Position numbers and translations under genes: made by a program
The notes under the pieces: generated by a model
Seen by the model: only the letters and a program-made list of their open reading frames with translations
Databases searched by the model: none
What the model was told of the DNA's origin: nothing
In this document: positions 62,969 through 64,000 of the stretch, piece after piece
Layout: every line of letters begins with the position of its first letter
How positions within the stretch are numbered: position 1 is the first letter of the stretch
NCBI RefSeq assembly: GCF_964204645.1
Contig: NC_134034.1
Coordinates: 3,179,814 to 3,243,813, forward strand
DNA from: Tubulanus polymorphus
Taxonomy: Eukaryota > Animalia > Nemertea
DNA length: 64,000 bases
Reading direction: 5' to 3'

Positions 62969-64000
62969 ATGACCCTCAGTTGTATGGGCTTCCGCTATCA
63001 TTCTTCATACTAGCTGAGATCAGAGCGTGGGACACTTCATAGCATTTATGGGAATAGAATGGGGATGTGAGGATATACCAGGAGTCGCTGTAGCCACCAT
63101 GCTTCAATTTCTTCAATAGCCTTACAATGAGACAATGCTATACAATCGCAATCAAGGCTCATTGCACCAAAAGTGAGCAGCCATCAGGAGTCACTAGTAT
63201 GCAGTAGCTGCGGCAATAGAGGATTCGACTTGCTGCAAGTGAGGATCCACCAGGTGTCGCTAGCGTGCAGTAGGGCACCACTACGGAAACATAGGATCCA
63301 CGAAGTGTCGCCACTAGTAGTAACTCTGTTTTCGGCACTTCAATTTCATAAGTATTCCAAATCTAAAATCGATTTAACTTTTATCAATTCACAAAACAGT
63401 GTCACAAATCTATTGTCCATAGATGTGAAAACCAAACAGCGAAAAATAGAAAGGTGAATCTTATATTTATATTAAAAAATCCAGTTGAAATTGAAATGAC
63501 CCTGGATTAGGATTAGGATTTTATTTACACTCCAACCATTTCTATGGTACATGGAGGGAGACTAATACAAAGTATACAATATTTGAAATTAACAGAAAGT
63601 ATGACCTACTGTTAGTCATGCCATCTGGTGGCATAGCCGGTACCTCAATCAAGACTATATTCGGGACATAAATGACATACATCTTCACGAAACAGTGTCA
63701 CAGATGTGTGGTTTGTCTCTAATCCCTGATACGTATGTTTTCAAGCGAGTGGCGAGGTTTTAGTATCACTAACAATAATACACATCAGTACATGACTGGA
63801 CTATACGCCAACACGTTACCATGGTAACAATCCAGCCGCCGCGACAGTCTAGACGATTGTGACGCTGCGCGTTCGTAAAAATATGCACTACCCGGTTCGG
63901 GTACCTGGGAATACACCGGGGCCGGCTCTTCTCTCTACCGCTAATTCTATATCAAATTATTTCCATGAAAAAAATGTCATTCGGATATTCTGGCTGGGCC

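Overview
This is eukaryotic DNA, with spliceosomal GT-AG introns and bilaterian-type genes, so most likely an invertebrate animal. Host genes are a partial DUOXA-like gene, a 3-exon Ly6/uPAR three-finger GPI protein, an intronless HemK-like SAM methyltransferase, three tandem multi-C2H2 zinc-finger paralogs and a 5-exon secernin. The centrepiece is a ~17.1 kb AT-rich Polinton/Maverick (adintovirus-like) endogenous virus (12926-30069, 60-bp imperfect TIRs) encoding a packaging ATPase, rve integrase with chromodomain, major and minor capsid proteins, several membrane proteins and a protein-primed PolB. Three features link it to giant viruses. (1) The PolB catalytic YxD/TD motif is interrupted by a ~355-aa intein with a LAGLIDADG homing endonuclease. 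(2) It carries a VLTF3-like late transcription factor. (3) 15 of 16 genes start in a poxvirus-late-promoter-like TAAATG context, usually preceded by a T-tract. Its left end is built from promoter-ORF-terminal-repeat cassettes. The copy carries at least four disabling lesions and has no target-site duplication. Elsewhere are a 69-bp tandem array of minimal hammerhead ribozymes plus other Penelope-type fragments, a 6.6-kb foldback transposon with inverted 30-bp arrays around a decayed PHD-finger gene, a 77-bp minisatellite with CTCF-like motifs, and several MITE families. All calls are from reading the sequence; no database searches were run.
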